A stretch of 63,165 nt of DNA, counting the filler, from Octopus bimaculoides (taxonomy: Eukaryota), in assembly GCF_001194135.2 (NCBI RefSeq). It is 5 parts of 5 records of this genome, joined end to end, with 100 filler letters (N's around TTAATTAATTAA, not from the genome) between each part and the next. Parts side by side here need not be neighbours in the genome. Positions count along the whole stretch, not along the records: positions 1 to 29,586 come from NC_068988.1; 4 more parts are not named here. One strand, 5' to 3'. The notes below the pieces were generated by a model. It had not been told where the DNA came from. It saw only the letters and a program-made list of their open reading frames with translations, and searched no databases. The translations under genes were made by a program, and so were the position numbers. The number at the start of each line of letters is the position of its first letter. The stretch's first letter is position 1. This document shows, piece after piece, positions 12,479 through 25,410 of the stretch.

Positions 12479-12519
<41 letters not shown>

Positions 12520-13290
12520 NNNNNNNNNNNNNNNNNNNNNNNNNNNNNNNNNNNNNNNNNNNNNNNNNNNNNNNNNNNNNNNNNNNNNNNNNNNNNNNNN
12601 NNNNNNNNNNNNNNNNNNNNNNNNNNNNNNNNNNNNNNNNNNNNNNNNNNNNNNNNNNNNNNNNNNNNNNNNNNNNNNNNNNNNNNNNNNNNNNNNNNNN
12701 NNNNNNNNNNNNNNNNNNNNNNNNNNNNNNNNNNNNNNNNNNNNNNNNNNNNNNNNNNNNNNNNNNNNNNNNNNNNNNNNNNNNNNNNNNNNNNNNNNNN
12801 NNNNNNNNNNNNNNNNNNNNNNNNNNNNNNNNNNNNNNNNNNNNNNNNNNNNNNNNNNNNNNNNNNNNNNNNNNNNNNNNNNNNNNNNNNNNNNNNNNNN
12901 NNNNNNNNNNNNNNNNNNNNNNNNNNNNNNNNNNNNNNNNNNNNNNNNNNNNNNNNNNNNNNNNNNNNNNNNNNNNNNNNNNNNNNNNNNNNNNNNNNNN
13001 NNNNNNNNNNNNNNNNNNNNNNNNNNNNNNNNNNNNNNNNNNNNNNNNNNNNNNNNNNNNNNNNNNNNNNNNNNNNNNNNNNNNNNNNNNATATATATAC
13101 AGGACACGCACATAGTCGTGTATATCTAAATGCACAAGAGTCGATCTACGAATTGACGAACAGACAGAAAAACCTGACATTAATGCCTAAGTAGTATATA
13201 TATATATATATATATGTGTACGAATATTTGTGCGTCAGCGTGTCTATATGTCTATCCATATTAACACAGATTCATCCACGATTGTACATA

Positions 13291-13327
<37 letters not shown>

Positions 13328-13630
13328 GTATCTATGTGCATATGCATAACTACGAACACATATGCACCATAATGCAGCAGCATACAGGCTGATGCACACA
13401 CTAAAACATAAAGCGCTTCTGAAATGTTTATATTCCCAAGAGAGAAGAACAGCTTTGGGAGAACCTGGAAAGAAATATTTCGGTTGAATAATTTTTAAAG
13501 AACAAAATCTTCAATGAAGCGGGCTCTCGGGAACCGATTATTTTGGAAAGTTCTTGTGAAATATTTTGAAAGCATTGAAAATTGACCTCTATTCCATTCT
13601 CTTAAACTAACCTATTCTTTAGAGATTTAC

Positions 13631-13702
<72 letters not shown>

Positions 13703-13719
13703 CATTATTATTATTATTA

Positions 13720-13780
<61 letters not shown>
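13631..13780. repeat. (ATT)n microsatellite running into a gap
   Basis: Directly visible. Confidence 0.95.
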
Positions 13781-14244
13781 NNNNNNNNNNNNNNNNNNNN
13801 NNNNNNNNNNNNNNNNNNNNNNNNNNNNNNNNNNNNNNNNNNNNNNNNNNNNNNNNNNNNNNNNNNNNNNNNNNNNNNNNNNNNNNNNNNNNNNNNNNNN
13901 NNNNNNNNNNNNNNNNNNNNNNNNNNNNNNNNNNNNNNNNNNNNNNNNNNNNNNNNNNNNNNNNNNNNNNNNNNNNNNNNNNNNNNNNNNNNNNNNNNNN
14001 NNNNNNNNNNNNNNNNNNNNNNNNNNNNNNNNNNNNNNNNNNNNNNNNNNNNNNNNNNNNNNNNNNNNNNNNNNNNNNNNNNNNNNNNNNNNNNNNNNNN
14101 NNNNNNNNNNNNNNNNNNNNNNNNNNNNNNNNNNNNNNNNNNNNNNNNNNNNNNNNNNNNNNNNNNNNNNNNNNNNNNNNNNNNNNNNNNNNNNNNNNAT
14201 ATATATAAATATATATATGTATGTATATATATATATATATATAT

Positions 14245-14385
14245 CTATTTATTTATTTATGGGTTTCAGCCAAGTGGCTGCGGCCATGCTGGAGCACCAC
14301 CGTGATTTTCTGTCTTTATGCTTTGCTCTCTTCACGTTCCTTGCATGGCTCTTCTCCTGCACCTGATATAGTCCAATATATGTAT
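14245..14385 (-). mobile_element. Very short 3' end of a CR1-type LINE (or a SINE with the same tail)
   Basis: Reverse complement CACGGTGGTGCTCCAGCATGGCCGCAGCCACTTGGCTGAAACCCAT(AAAT)n matches the LINE tail at 20653-20700. Confidence 0.65.
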
Positions 14386-16069
14386 ATATATAACAAATGA
14401 AAGACAGAAGATGGAATATACAAGAATTTATTATTATTGACGACAATTGTTTCGACCCATCTAGCATCGATTCCTCTTGGCTGGGACACTCAAGAACTGG
14501 TTCAGGAGCATCCGGTAGTGCAGATGTATCTCGTCGGGTGATAGATATATACAACTCATGAAAATGACTTCCGCAATGTAGCCGTCCGTTCTGTAGAGAG
14601 GAAAGCAGCCATACGGAGGAAATATCTTCATTTATATAGAAGATCAAAAATAAAATGACAGATAACAAAAAGAGAAACGAACACGCAATCAAGCGAGAAA
14701 AGTATTAAAAATAACCGTTGACAAATTTAGTTGTATAAACGTCCTCGGGTCAGCTGCATGGCGGGTGTACACTCGCTTATACAAGCATCCGCAAAAATGT
14801 GACCATACGCACATGTGAGGTTTGGTGTAATCATGATCACAAAGCGAGTTATTTATCTACTCCGTGTTTATAAGAATGGGGGATTAAAAGTAAACTTAAG
14901 TCAACCATACCTTTAAGTAAATTAGATTAAATTAACGGGTTACTAAAAATGCATTCTCACTGCATCGTGCAAAAGTACGTTTATATGCATGTAGGCAACT
15001 CGAGGGACGTTCAGAAATTCTATTAATTATCTTCTCGTCAGTCCACAAAATAGACAGGATTTTCTCGGGGCAGAGACGGCTTCTCCTATGAATTATATTG
15101 TATGNNNNNNNNNNNNNNNNNNNNNNNNNNNNNNNNNNNNNNNNNNNNNNNNNNNNNNNNNNNNNNNNNNNNNNNNNNNNNNNNNNNNNNNNNNNNNNNN
15201 NNNNNNNNNNNNNNNNNNNNNNNNNNNNNNNNNNNNNNNNNNNNNNNNNNNNNNNNNNNNNNNNNNNNNNNNNNNNNNNNNNNNNNNNNNNNNNNNNNNN
15301 NNNNNNNNNNNNNNNNNNNNNNNNNNNNNNNNNNNNNNNNNNNNNNNNNNNNNNNNNNNNNNNNNNNNNNNNNNNNNNNNNNNNNNNNNNNNNNNNNNNN
15401 NNNNNNNNNNNNNNNNNNNNNNNNNNNNNNNNNNNNNNNNNNNNNNNNNNNNNNNNNNNNNNNNNNNNNNNNNNNNNNNNNNNNNNNNNNNNNNNNNNNN
15501 NNNNNNNNNNNNNNNNNNNNNNNNNNNNNNNNNNNNNNNNNNNNNNNNNNNNNNNNNNNNNNNNNNNNNNNNNNNNNNNNNNNNNNNNNNNNNNNNNNNN
15601 NNNNNNNNNNNNNNNNNNNNNNNNNNNNNNNNNNNNNNNNNNNNNNNNNNNNNNNNNNNNNNNNNNNNNNNNNNNNNNNNNNNNNNNNNNNNNNNNNNNN
15701 NNNNNNNNNNNNNNNNNNNNNNNNNNNNNNNNNNNNNNNNNNNNNNNNNNNNNNNNNNNNNNNNNNNNNNNNNNNNNNNNNNNNNNNNNNNNNNNNNNNN
15801 NNNNNNNNNNNNNNNNNNNNNNNNNNNNNNNNNNNNNNNNNNNNNNNNNNNNNNNNNNNNNNNNNNNNNNNNNNNNNNNNNNNNNNNNNNNNNNNNNNNN
15901 NNNNNNNNNNNNNNNNNNNNNNNNNNNNNNNNNNNNNNNNNNNNNNNNNNNNNNNNNNNNNNNNNNNNNNNNNNNNNNNNNNNNNNNNNNNNNNNNNNNN
16001 NNNNNNNNNNNNNNNNNNNNNNNNNNNNNNNNNNNNNNNNNNNNNNNNNNNNNNNNNNNNNNNNATATA

Positions 16070-16099
<30 letters not shown>

Positions 16100-16104
<5 letters not shown>

Positions 16105-16195
16105 TTTGTGTCTGTGTTTGACCCCCTAACATCGATTGACAACCGATGCTGGTGTGTTTACGTCCCCGTAACATAGTGGTTCGCCTAAAGGCATA
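16100..16195 (+). mobile_element. Internal segment of SINE family C following a (GT)n tract
   Basis: CCCCCTAACATCGATTGACAACCGATGCTGGTGTGTTTACGTCCCCGTAACATAGTGGTTCG aligns with 19015-19080 and 140-180. Confidence 0.55.
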
Positions 16196-16329
16196 CAGTG
16201 AGAACACTACTTGCTGGTATACCCGGACAGTGCATATGTACGAATAAATTCAAATATGTTACAAAACAGCGCTAGTGTAACAAACGATATCGACCTTATA
16301 TATATGTATATATAGTATATCCATATCGT

Positions 16330-16706
16330 GGAGGTTCAATGGTCTAGTGGTTAGGGCAGCCGACTCTCTATCGTGGGATCGCAGTTTCAATTACCAGACC
16401 GAGCGTTGTGAGTGTTTATTGTGCGAAAACACCTAAAGCCCCTGCAACCCTTTTCGAACCCTGCTGTACTCTTTCACCATAACTTTCCCTCACTCTTTCT
16501 TCCTGTTTCTGTCGTACTATATTTCCTGTTTCTGTTGTACCTGTATTTCAAAAGGCCAGCCTTGTCACGCTGAATCTCCCCGTGAACTACGTTGAGGTTA
16601 CACGTATCTGTGGATTCCTCAGCCACTTATACGTTAATTTCACGTGCAGGATGTTACGTTTATCTGATCAAATGCAATACTTATCGTCGTAACCGACGGA
16701 GTGCCA
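16330..16706 (+). mobile_element. tRNA-derived SINE family B, full length
   Basis: A-box TGGTCTAGTGG and B-box-like GTTTCAATTACC. Co-linear with 36996-37362 through to the shared end CGTAACCGACGGAGTGCCA. Confidence 0.9.
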
Positions 16707-16722
16707 CGACGATATCTATATA

Positions 16723-16777
<55 letters not shown>

Positions 16778-17559
16778 TTGCGTGTGTGTGCATGTGTATG
16801 TGTATTCATAAAGGCATTGAGTCAGGAGATATGAGAGGTGATCGTATATTCATTTAGCCACGTGACTTCCATAGAATTACGCCAGTTTTACAATCATCTT
16901 AATGTAGTATTGGAAGAAATTATACTTCCAGGCTTGCATTAAAATGTATGCTCGGCGCTATACAGTACTATTGTAGAGTACTATACAGTACTGTATAGTA
17001 ATGTATATTCATAAATTAATGCAAATAACTAAAGCTGGCTCATCAGATCAGTGAAACATCATGGTCGCACAATCATTCACACAAGAACACACACAGACGC
17101 ACGCACATACACAAACACACACACTTATGTACATACAATCACAACTCTCGGTGCCAACTAAAACAAGAACCACAACAACAGCAATAGCAACAACAAAGCA
17201 ACCATACCGCACTCCCACCAGCAACACCAGAGACAGGAAACCAAAATAACAATGGTAGTTTGACAGACAATTCAATTAAACTCTGTCAATCACCCAATCT
17301 TCTCAGCACCCTCTATGAGGTATTGACAAGTTGAGGTAGATAACCTCCCTTGGTTTATTCTTTCACCTCGACACTGCTTGGTTAATTCATTCCTAATCTT
17401 GATTTAAACTGACTACAATTCAAATTTTAAAATGTTACTAGATATGAATCATGTTTGCTTGTGTATATGTGTGTATGCGCGTGTTTGTGTGTGTGTGTGC
17501 ACGTGTGTGGTCTATTTTCCTTTTTGTTAATTAGTTTTGCGTCCCAACGATATCATGAA

Positions 17560-18200
17560 TATCCCCACCACCACCACCGCAACCATCAGCACCACCAGCA
17601 CCAATACAAGCAGCACGGCTGCACCACCGGCACCACTAACACCACCACCACCACTACCATCACCGCACCGCCACCACCACCATCACCACACCGCCACCAC
17701 CACCATCACCACCACCGTCACNNNNNNNNNNNNNNNNNNNNNNNNNNNNNNNNNNNNNNNNNNNNNNNNNNNNNNNNNNNNNNNNNNNNNNNNNNNNNNN
17801 NNNNNNNNNNNNNNNNNNNNNNNNNNNNNNNNNNNNNNNNNNNNNNNNNNNNNNNNNNNNNNNNNNNNNNNNNNNNNNNNNNNNNNNNNNNNNNNNNNNN
17901 NNNNNNNNNNNNNNNNNNNNNNNNNNNNNNNNNNNNNNNNNNNNNNNNNNNNNNNNNNNNNNNNNNNNNNNNNNNNNNNNNNNNNNNNNNNNNNNNNNNN
18001 NNNNNNNNNNNNNNNNNNNNNNNNNNNNNNNNNNNNNNNNNNNNNNNNNNNCAGCACTACACCCATCACCACCGCCACCTTCACCGAAATGACAACCACC
18101 AGCAATATTACGACCAACACTAGCGCCAACACTCGCACTAACACTACCATCACTACCCAGCGCCAAAACCACCACCACCACCACCACCACCGCCTCCACT
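17560..18200. repeat. Cryptic (ACC)n/(CAC)n low-complexity tract split by a gap
   Basis: Directly visible; source of the poly-His/Thr/Pro pseudo-ORFs. Confidence 0.9.
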
Positions 18201-18701
18201 ACTGTACGTCATGATATCTTCTTATCTTCGTAGTGCTTCATCTGACGTACTAACGATAATGGTGGCGATGGTTGAGGCTAGGAATGGCAAAAAACTACTT
18301 TCGCTAATAGTGATGATCCTAATAATGTTAATGATAATAATGCCCTCACGTACAAACATGTAAATATAAATACACCCCCACTAATGCACACACAACTTTA
18401 CAAGCACACATACTCCTAAACACAAATTTACAATCATACATATTCGTACAAACACCTATAAAGTTTATGTGACGTATAATCAGCAAGATTTGATTCTGTA
18501 TACATTCTGACTTGAAAAGTACAATGTAGATTAAGTATAACTGATTTTGTGTTGTGTGTTTTTCAGCTGAACGTAGGATGCATATTAAAATACACAGTAT
18601 AGCATACGTATTACACTGTCGTGCGCTCACGCACACACACACACATATATATATATGCATATATATGTATATATACATACACCCACACACACACACACAC
18701 A

Positions 18702-18769
<68 letters not shown>

Positions 18770-18810
18770 CATACACACACATGCGCGCATACATACACAC
18801 ACACCCATAC

Positions 18811-19205
18811 GTGTAGGTTCAGGCTTGCCTATGTAGTAAGAAGCTTGGCTCTCAACCACATGGGTTCACATCTACTCCTACTGCATGACAAGTTTCTTCT
18901 ACTATAGCCTCGGACCGACCAAAGCCTCGTGAGTTGATTTGGTAGACGGAAATTGAAGGAAGCCCATCGTATATATGTATACATGTGTGCGTTTTGATAC
19001 CTGTATTTCTTCCCATCCACCCCTTAACATGCGGCTGACAACCGTATTTACTACCCTCTTATCTAGCCGTTTGGTTAAAGGAACTAATAGAATAAGTACT
19101 AGGAGTTTAAAAATAATAAGTCCTAGTGTCGATTTGTTCCACTAAAACCCTTCAAGGCGGGCGTCCCAGCATGGCTGCAGGCAAATGACTGAAACAAGTA
19201 AAAAG
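18811..19205 (+). mobile_element. tRNA-derived SINE family C, near full length, with CR1-like 3' tail
   Basis: Head GTAGTAAGAAGCTTGGCTCTCAACCACATGGGTTC, CORE-like CAAGTTTCTTCTACTATAGCCTCGG, an internal (TA/TG) tract, and tail AAGGCGGGCGTCCCAGCATGGCTGCAGGCAAATGACTGAAACAAGTAAAA. Confidence 0.8.
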
Positions 19206-19217
19206 GCAAGAAGATAT

Positions 19218-19259
<42 letters not shown>

Positions 19260-19306
19260 GCACGTATATATGTTTGTATATGCATACACAGACGTATATA
19301 TAAATA

Positions 19307-19477
19307 CTTTTCTACTTTAGGTACAAGGCCCCACATTTTTGGGGAGGAGCCAGTCGATTAGATCGACACCAGTACGCAACTGATACTTAATTTATTTACC
19401 CCAAAAGGATGAAAGGCAAAGCCGACTTCGGCGGAATTTGAACTCAGAACGGAAAGACAGACGAAATACTGCTAAGC
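19307..19477 (-). mobile_element. SINE family A, 5' end lost in gap
   Basis: Reverse complement contains TTCTGAGTTCAAATTCCGCCGAAGTCGGCTTTGCCTTTCATCCTTTTGGGG and tail GGCCTTGTACCTAAAGTAGAAAAG. Confidence 0.85.
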
Positions 19478-20377
19478 NNNNNNNNNNNNNNNNNNNNNNN
19501 NNNNNNNNNNNNNNNNNNNNNNNNNNNNNNNNNNNNNNNNNNNNNNNNNNNNNNNNNNNNNNNNNNNNNNNNNNNNNNNNNNNNNNNNNNNNNNNNNNNN
19601 NNNNNNNNNNNNNNNNNNNNNNNNNNNNNNNNNNNNNNNNNNNNNNNNNNNNNNNNNNNNNNNNNNNNNNNNNNNNNNNNNNNNNNNNNNNNNNNNNNNN
19701 NNNNNNNNNNNNNNNNNNNNNNNNNNNNNNNNNNNNNNNNNNNNNNNNNNNNNNNNNNNNNNNNNNNNNNNNNNNNNNNNNNNNNNNNNNNNNNNNNNNN
19801 NNNNNNNNNNNNNNNNNNNNNNNNNNNNNNNNNNNNNNNNNNNNNNNNNNNNNNNNNNNNNNNNNNNNNNNNNNNNNNNNNNNNNNNNNNNNNNNNNNNN
19901 NNNNNNNNNNNNNNNNNNNNNNNNNNNNNNNNNNNNNNNNNNNNNNNNNNNNNNNNNNNNNNNNNNNNNNNNNNNNNNNNNNNNNNNNNNNNNNNNNNNN
20001 NNNNNNNNNNNNNNNNNNNNNNNNNNNNNNNNNNNNNNNNNNNNNNNNNNNNNNNNNNNNNNNNNNNNNNNNNNNNNNNNNNNNNNNNNNNNNNNNNNNN
20101 NNNNNNNNNNNNNNNNNNNNNNNNNNNNNNNNNNNNNNNNNNNNNNNNNNNNNNNNNNNNNNNNNNNNNNNNNNNNNNNNNNNNNNNNNNNNNNNNNNNN
20201 NNNNNNNNNNNNNNNNNNNNNNNNNNNNNNNNNNNNNNNNNNNNNNNNNNNNNNNNNNNNNNNNNNNNNNNNNNNNNNNNNNNNNNNNNNNNNNNNNNNN
20301 NNNNNNNNNNNNNNNNNNNNNNNNNNNNNNNNNNNNNNNNNNNNNNNNNNNNNNNNNNNNNNNNNNNNNNNNNNNNN

Positions 20378-20710
20378 AAGATCCCAGCAATGCCATCGCG
20401 CTTCAGGACCAGTTACTGCAACAGTTTGGGTTTCAGGGGCCCACAGCTTTTTAATATTCTCCCAAAGAGCCTGAGGAACCTGCACAAAGTAGATGTAGGG
20501 GTTTTTAAATCAAAGCTGGACCTCTTACTGTCGAGAGTCCCAGATGAACCTACCTCGCGGCAGGAGGTGCAAATGAGGGTTGCTAAATCAAACTCCATTC
20601 TTCACCAAGTGCCACAAATTGTAAGAAGCTCCCTGTAATAACAGTGTAGCAACACGGCGGTGCATCAGCATGGCCGCAGCTCTAAGCTGAAACTATAATA
20701 AAAAAAAAAT
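20378..20710 (+). mobile_element. CR1-group LINE 3' end (ORF2 C-terminus, 3' UTR, A-rich tail)
   Basis: ORF 20390..20638 RGPQLFNILPKSLRNLHKVDVGVFKSKLDLLLSRVPDEP...SNSILHQV has the CR1/L2-group terminal pattern LFNxLPxxLR...FKxxLDxxLxxxPDxP...SNS. The stop is followed by a short UTR with a stem-loop and an A-rich tail. Confidence 0.85.
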
Positions 20711-21048
20711 ATATATATATATATCAACGTACGAATTTAGTCTACTTGCGTCACTTGCGTCACCTTAAGAATTCCCTAATTAATCGGATTATTGGTAAAT
20801 AACTGGAATTTAGAATTACCCATCTAGTTCCCAACCTGTATATTTGGCGTATATGATGATGGATTACTTGAGTGTCAACTTTGTGCGATTCTATGAAGCC
20901 AATACATGTTGCTTTGTCTCCATTCTTAACGTGTACTTTTAACCGACATATATGTGCGTGTACGGTGTGTGTGTGTGCATGCGTGCACACGTTTGTGTGT
21001 GTACGTATGTATGTGTGTGTGTATGTATGTATGTGTGTGTGTGTGTGT

Positions 21049-21083
<35 letters not shown>

Positions 21084-21611
21084 ATGCCGTTGCCCATTCA
21101 GCTGTCAAAGCACGATGAATGATGTGGTGTTCCTAAAATGTTACGTTACTTAAGCTATAACATTATTTATCACAATGGAAATAGCTCGTTCCAACACGTA
21201 ATATATTCAAATAAACTGCGTTTCTCAGTGATACATCATGGAAAAAAAAAATCCATCTAAATATTAACTGCTCACAGCACCTGTAATTAGATGAACTGTA
21301 TCAGTTGGAAGTATCTGAACTTATATTGAAAACAGGTGATAAGTAATTATTATTTATAACGCTGGGTAACATGGTGCCTGGGTTGTTCTTTTTATAGACC
21401 CTCCCCAACTACTGAAATTACCGTAGTAAATGTGTTCCACGTCTGCACACAGATGGTAGAGTGTAGGATCCATTATGAGTATAATAATTGCCAGCATTTG
21501 CCAAGCGAAGCATCTACCTTTTCTCGTTCAACAGGAAAGTGACGTCATGAAAAATATGAAAGTATGAAGCTGAGTAGTTAATTAGAATAATTCATTTACT
21601 AGCGTAAATAT

Positions 21612-21817
21612 TATTTTCAAATATTTTGCACAAGGCCAGTAAGTCGATTATATCTCCTCCAGTGCTCAACGGGTACTTATTTTATTGAGTCCCGAAAGGA
21701 CGGAATGCAAAGTCCACCTCGGCGGAATTTGAACTCAGTACATAAATATGGACAAAATACCGCTAGTGCTAACGATTCTATTTCTCGGAGTGCTAACGAT
21801 TCTATTGCTCACCGCCT
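21612..21817 (-). mobile_element. Degenerate SINE family A with an internal 18-bp direct duplication
   Basis: GGCGGAATTTGAACTCAG core. AGTGCTAACGATTCTATT is repeated at 21765-21782 and 21789-21806. Confidence 0.75.
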
Positions 21818-21989
21818 TCACAAGGATGAATATTAATCACAGTGCCACAGATAAACTTAGTCTCGATGTTGTTTAATTGGGTAACTGGGTGCTGTTTATT
21901 ATGGCTAATTAATTGTATATTGTATAAAAGTTAACAACAGTTGAAGAATATGAAATATTAATTCAAATATCTTAGTTTTCTGCAGAAAC

Positions 21990-23100
21990 AAGGAAGAGAG
22001 AAAACGATACAGGAGATTTCCGGTGGTTTTCTTTGAATCTTGAGGAATCTGCAGATGTCTTATAGTTCGGTGTTGCAGATGATTATTTGAGGAATTAATG
22101 CTAAGTTGAGAATAACGGCAGAACTAGCTTTAATGAGCAGTATACATGGAAGAACAACTGGTGAAAATATTTGCTAAATTATGGAGGAGAGAATATTTTA
22201 TTGTCAAAGTACAAGATGCGACAAAATACCTCATATATTTTATGGGGCCATTGATGTGGTGCCAGTGAAGTTACTCAGATGGTAGCGCTGTATTAATAAG
22301 GCTTTGTTATTTCTTTCATTTATCACTAGTTTCGACTGCTGCACACCGTGCGTTTGCCTGTTGAAACTGTTATCAATTTGTAAAATGTATAAGGTTTTTA
22401 GACGCATCCTGTACAATCTGGTTTAGGAAAAAAAATACAGAGGATTACGAACTGATGGTGGAAAATATAAATGGTATAAAAAAAATGTTTCGTTGGACAA
22501 AACTATGAAGGTTGTGACAGTTTGGGAACTACAAATCCTGTAATGATTTACTGCCTCATTCAGCATCAATCACTTTGTCGGAAAAAATGTTTCATATTCG
22601 CCACAAGTGATATAACCACTTATATCAGCAGTGAAACTTATCGATCTCATTAACTGAATAAGCGAACATTTTGGAAAAAATAAAAGATGAAAAGAAGCAC
22701 TATTTACTGTACAATGGCGGTACCTTTTTGAACTTCGACTGGAGGAAAGACATGCGTTTTGGGATAATGTGAAAGATTGCTACATGCTTATGGTCTTAAC
22801 AAATTGAAATTTAGATGATAAGGTAATTTTGACTTCATAATGCGATATATACCCTGCAGTATAAGCTTTACAACAAATTATTTTCCCTTCCAGCTATAAT
22901 AATACATAACTTCAACTATTTTCCATGCTGAAGTAAATACAACAAAGAAACAAATTCTCTATTTCCTTTCGAAATAATTCAAGAAATATTCACTAGCCTG
23001 AAGCTACAGCTTCAACAGCGTTTTCCAGGTCTTAACGAAGATTATCAAGTAATAACCGTCAGTTTTTCACTTAAAAGTTACTGACATCCAGTCAAATTAC
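21990..23100 (+). mobile_element. Fossil hAT transposase (Charlie/Buster group, GTF2IRD2/EPM2AIP1-like)
   Basis: Manual translation: FRWFSLNLEESADV (~FSLALDESTD), GINAKLRITAELALMSSIHGRTTGENI (~GVxxxFxITEELxxLxSxxGTTTGEDI), GLRTDGG (~TDGAP), IYCLIQHQSLC (~HCIIHQQALC), RSH*LNKRTF (~RSHGLNHRQF), LQQRFPGL. Many frameshifts; TIRs not found. Confidence 0.75.
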
Positions 23101-23459
23101 GTTTGCTTTTAAAACAAGTTTAAATGACAAAAAAAAAAAAGAAGTAACTGATGTCTACAAATGTCTATAAAAGGAAATTTTTTTTTCAAAATCCTTTGCT
23201 GTAGGTAAGTTTCAGCATACAAGAACATATATTTTCGAAGAGGATGTTAACCTATTTATAGGCCAATTGTGACTAATTGTCTCTTGCAGTTAGTTTCCAT
23301 TATAGAAACAATAAAATCTGAGTCACAATTTGATATTTTGTACGAAGACAAAATATCAAATTCTCATTGGTTGATATTACATGTAACTTTATGCAGTTTG
23401 CATAATTAAAAATTAGACTCTTCCGATAGTTTTGTATAATATGGCTTAGTTACCTTCCA

Positions 23460-23760
23460 TTCGCTTTGGTCCCCAAGACATAAATGTTCTTCCAACTCAA
23501 ATTCTTCAAAACTTTCTAGATCTCTAATCTAGATGGTCGCTTCTGTTATTGTCCCCTTGAGATCTGAAAGAACCAACATTTACCCTCCAAGCTTGTAGCC
23601 TGATATATCTATTTCCCAGGCCACATCTTCCTCTACTTCAGTGTTTGTAGAGTTATTTCCAATCACAGCTTGATTTCCACTCACAAACAGAAAAATGGCC
23701 AAATATTTTTTTATGCTAAACGTGCGTACATACACACATACAAATTCATGTCTGACTTCT
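23460..23760 (-). mobile_element. Possible fossil CR1-type APE endonuclease N-terminus
   Basis: ORF 23580..23840, VCVYVRTFSIKK...NQAVIGN...DVAWEIDISGYKLGG, loosely resembles KCLYTNARSMGNK...YDVIGITETW...DWxxxIxGYxL...GGG. Confidence 0.35.
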
Positions 23761-24734
23761 CTACCAACAGTGTGTTCTGGACTATTCATCTTCCTTTCAG
23801 CGACCATTATTTCGAAGACTAAATCGCTGAATATGTACATTAGCTTTATAAGAAGCTAGGCTGGAGTCTGAGGAAGATTTGTTCGACAATGCGGGTGGAT
23901 CGCGCAGGTTCTTTAGTCATCATGCTAGGTAGAGCTCAATTCCTCTTAGCACCGATTGTTGTTATTGCTCCTTTTTAACCCAAAGGTGACGGTACATGAG
24001 AAGACAACCCATTGATGCCCTAGCAGGTCTAATGCAGTTAGTGTACCTATGAAATATTGTACAATGTGTCTTTCATTTGTAAGCTAATATGATGTGATGT
24101 CCAGGTAATTTAGTCGCTATTTCTAGACCGTTTTCATTGACATGTGTGGTAGCGATTCATATACCAAAGTGAAGAGTATCACTACAAAAATGAACCACCA
24201 CACTCGTATTGTTTCCATCCGTCAGTCATTATGTTTCTCCTCTTCCAGGCACCGCCAAACCCCAATCCATCGTTCCCGTAAATTTAAGCCCCTAGAGTTT
24301 TCCTCCGCTCACGTTGTCATTGCTTTTGTACATTATTTAGCCCCTGTGCCAACCCCCATGTAGCAGATGTATGGACTCAGACATTCGAAACAGGACTATC
24401 CCAAACTTTTAAAACATTATACGACATGTCTTTTTTCTTCAAACGGTAGGATATGACTTAAGGATGATTTAGCTGCCATTTCTAGCACAACCCTTCTATC
24501 TAATTTTTCTACAGATGTCAGGAGTTTTTCAAGTTGAATCTCAATCATAAATTTTATCAGCAGGTGAAGGGGTCGCGGTTGCTATTGTCACAGTTGTTCC
24601 CTTTTAATTAAAACTTCAGAGTAACTATAAGAATGTCCTCATCCATGGTGTTGTAGCCCTCAATAGCTGTTAACATCTTGTAGTTACAAGACTTTGGCTT
24701 AATAGCCAACAAGAAATAACTTTGCAGAAGATGA

Positions 24735-24872
24735 GACTCATTTTAAAACGAGTGTACAGGATCGGTGAAAAGAAGTAACTTATCCAAAAGGACTACACGC
24801 TAGTCAGTTGGCGAATCGAACTTACGGACTTGAGATCCTGAGTCCAACGGCCTGGCCGCTCAGCCACACGAA
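24735..24872 (-). mobile_element. Ancient tRNA-derived, CORE-like SINE remnant
   Basis: Reverse complement GTGGCTGAGCGGCCAGGCCGTTGGACTCAGGATCTCAAGTCCGTAAGTTCGATTCGCC (A/B boxes), followed by GTCCTTTTGGATAAGTTACTTC, similar to the CORE motif CCTTGGGCAAGTCACTT. Confidence 0.45.
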
Positions 24873-25059
24873 TTAGCTTGTAAGAATAACAGTAAGGGTA
24901 TGAACAATAAGGCCTTCTGTATGAAAAAGCATCAAGCAAATAGGCACTAGCATAGCCAAAGCAGAGAGCGAAAATGTTAATTAACTAATAGAAATAGGTA
25001 TGCGGGTATTTTGAAAATACCCTAACAGAGTGACGACCGTACCTTGAACGGTTACGGAT

Positions 25060-25410
25060 TGCACTTTGGCAAAGTATAACACCCATTCAGCCACCCTGCC
25101 AGGGATTTGGCGGGGTCATGGGACTGCAACGCTACGGAGTGTGAAGATATAGCGGAGGAGCTCAAATGAGCCAAAGGTGCTGCTTACATTAATGCTGAAC
25201 TGAGAAATCCTTGAAGTTCAAACAGTCAGGATCACCAATCTCTATCAAGAGAGTGACTGCAACTTATCCGTAGGGGTGGCATCCATAGTTGTGGAATCAG
25301 TCAATGAAAGATTCTCTATTGCTCAAGCTCCCACTTCAAATTCTTAATAAAGGAATTGGGTAGCAACAGAGGAACATGGGGATCTACAAAAGCAGCGAAA
25401 AAAGAATTAG
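25060..25410 (-). mobile_element. Possible fossil CR1/L2-group APE endonuclease fragment
   Basis: Pieces FRCFCRSP, DFSVQH and PRQIPGR occur in the order expected for YRSP...GDFNVHH...PTRIPDR. Very degenerate. Confidence 0.35.

Noticed and set aside
14430-14485. Minus-strand CGAAAC-AATT-GTC, a hammerhead-like stem III and cleavage triplet
   Set aside because: No recoverable CUGANGA, stem II or stem I; at most half a motif.
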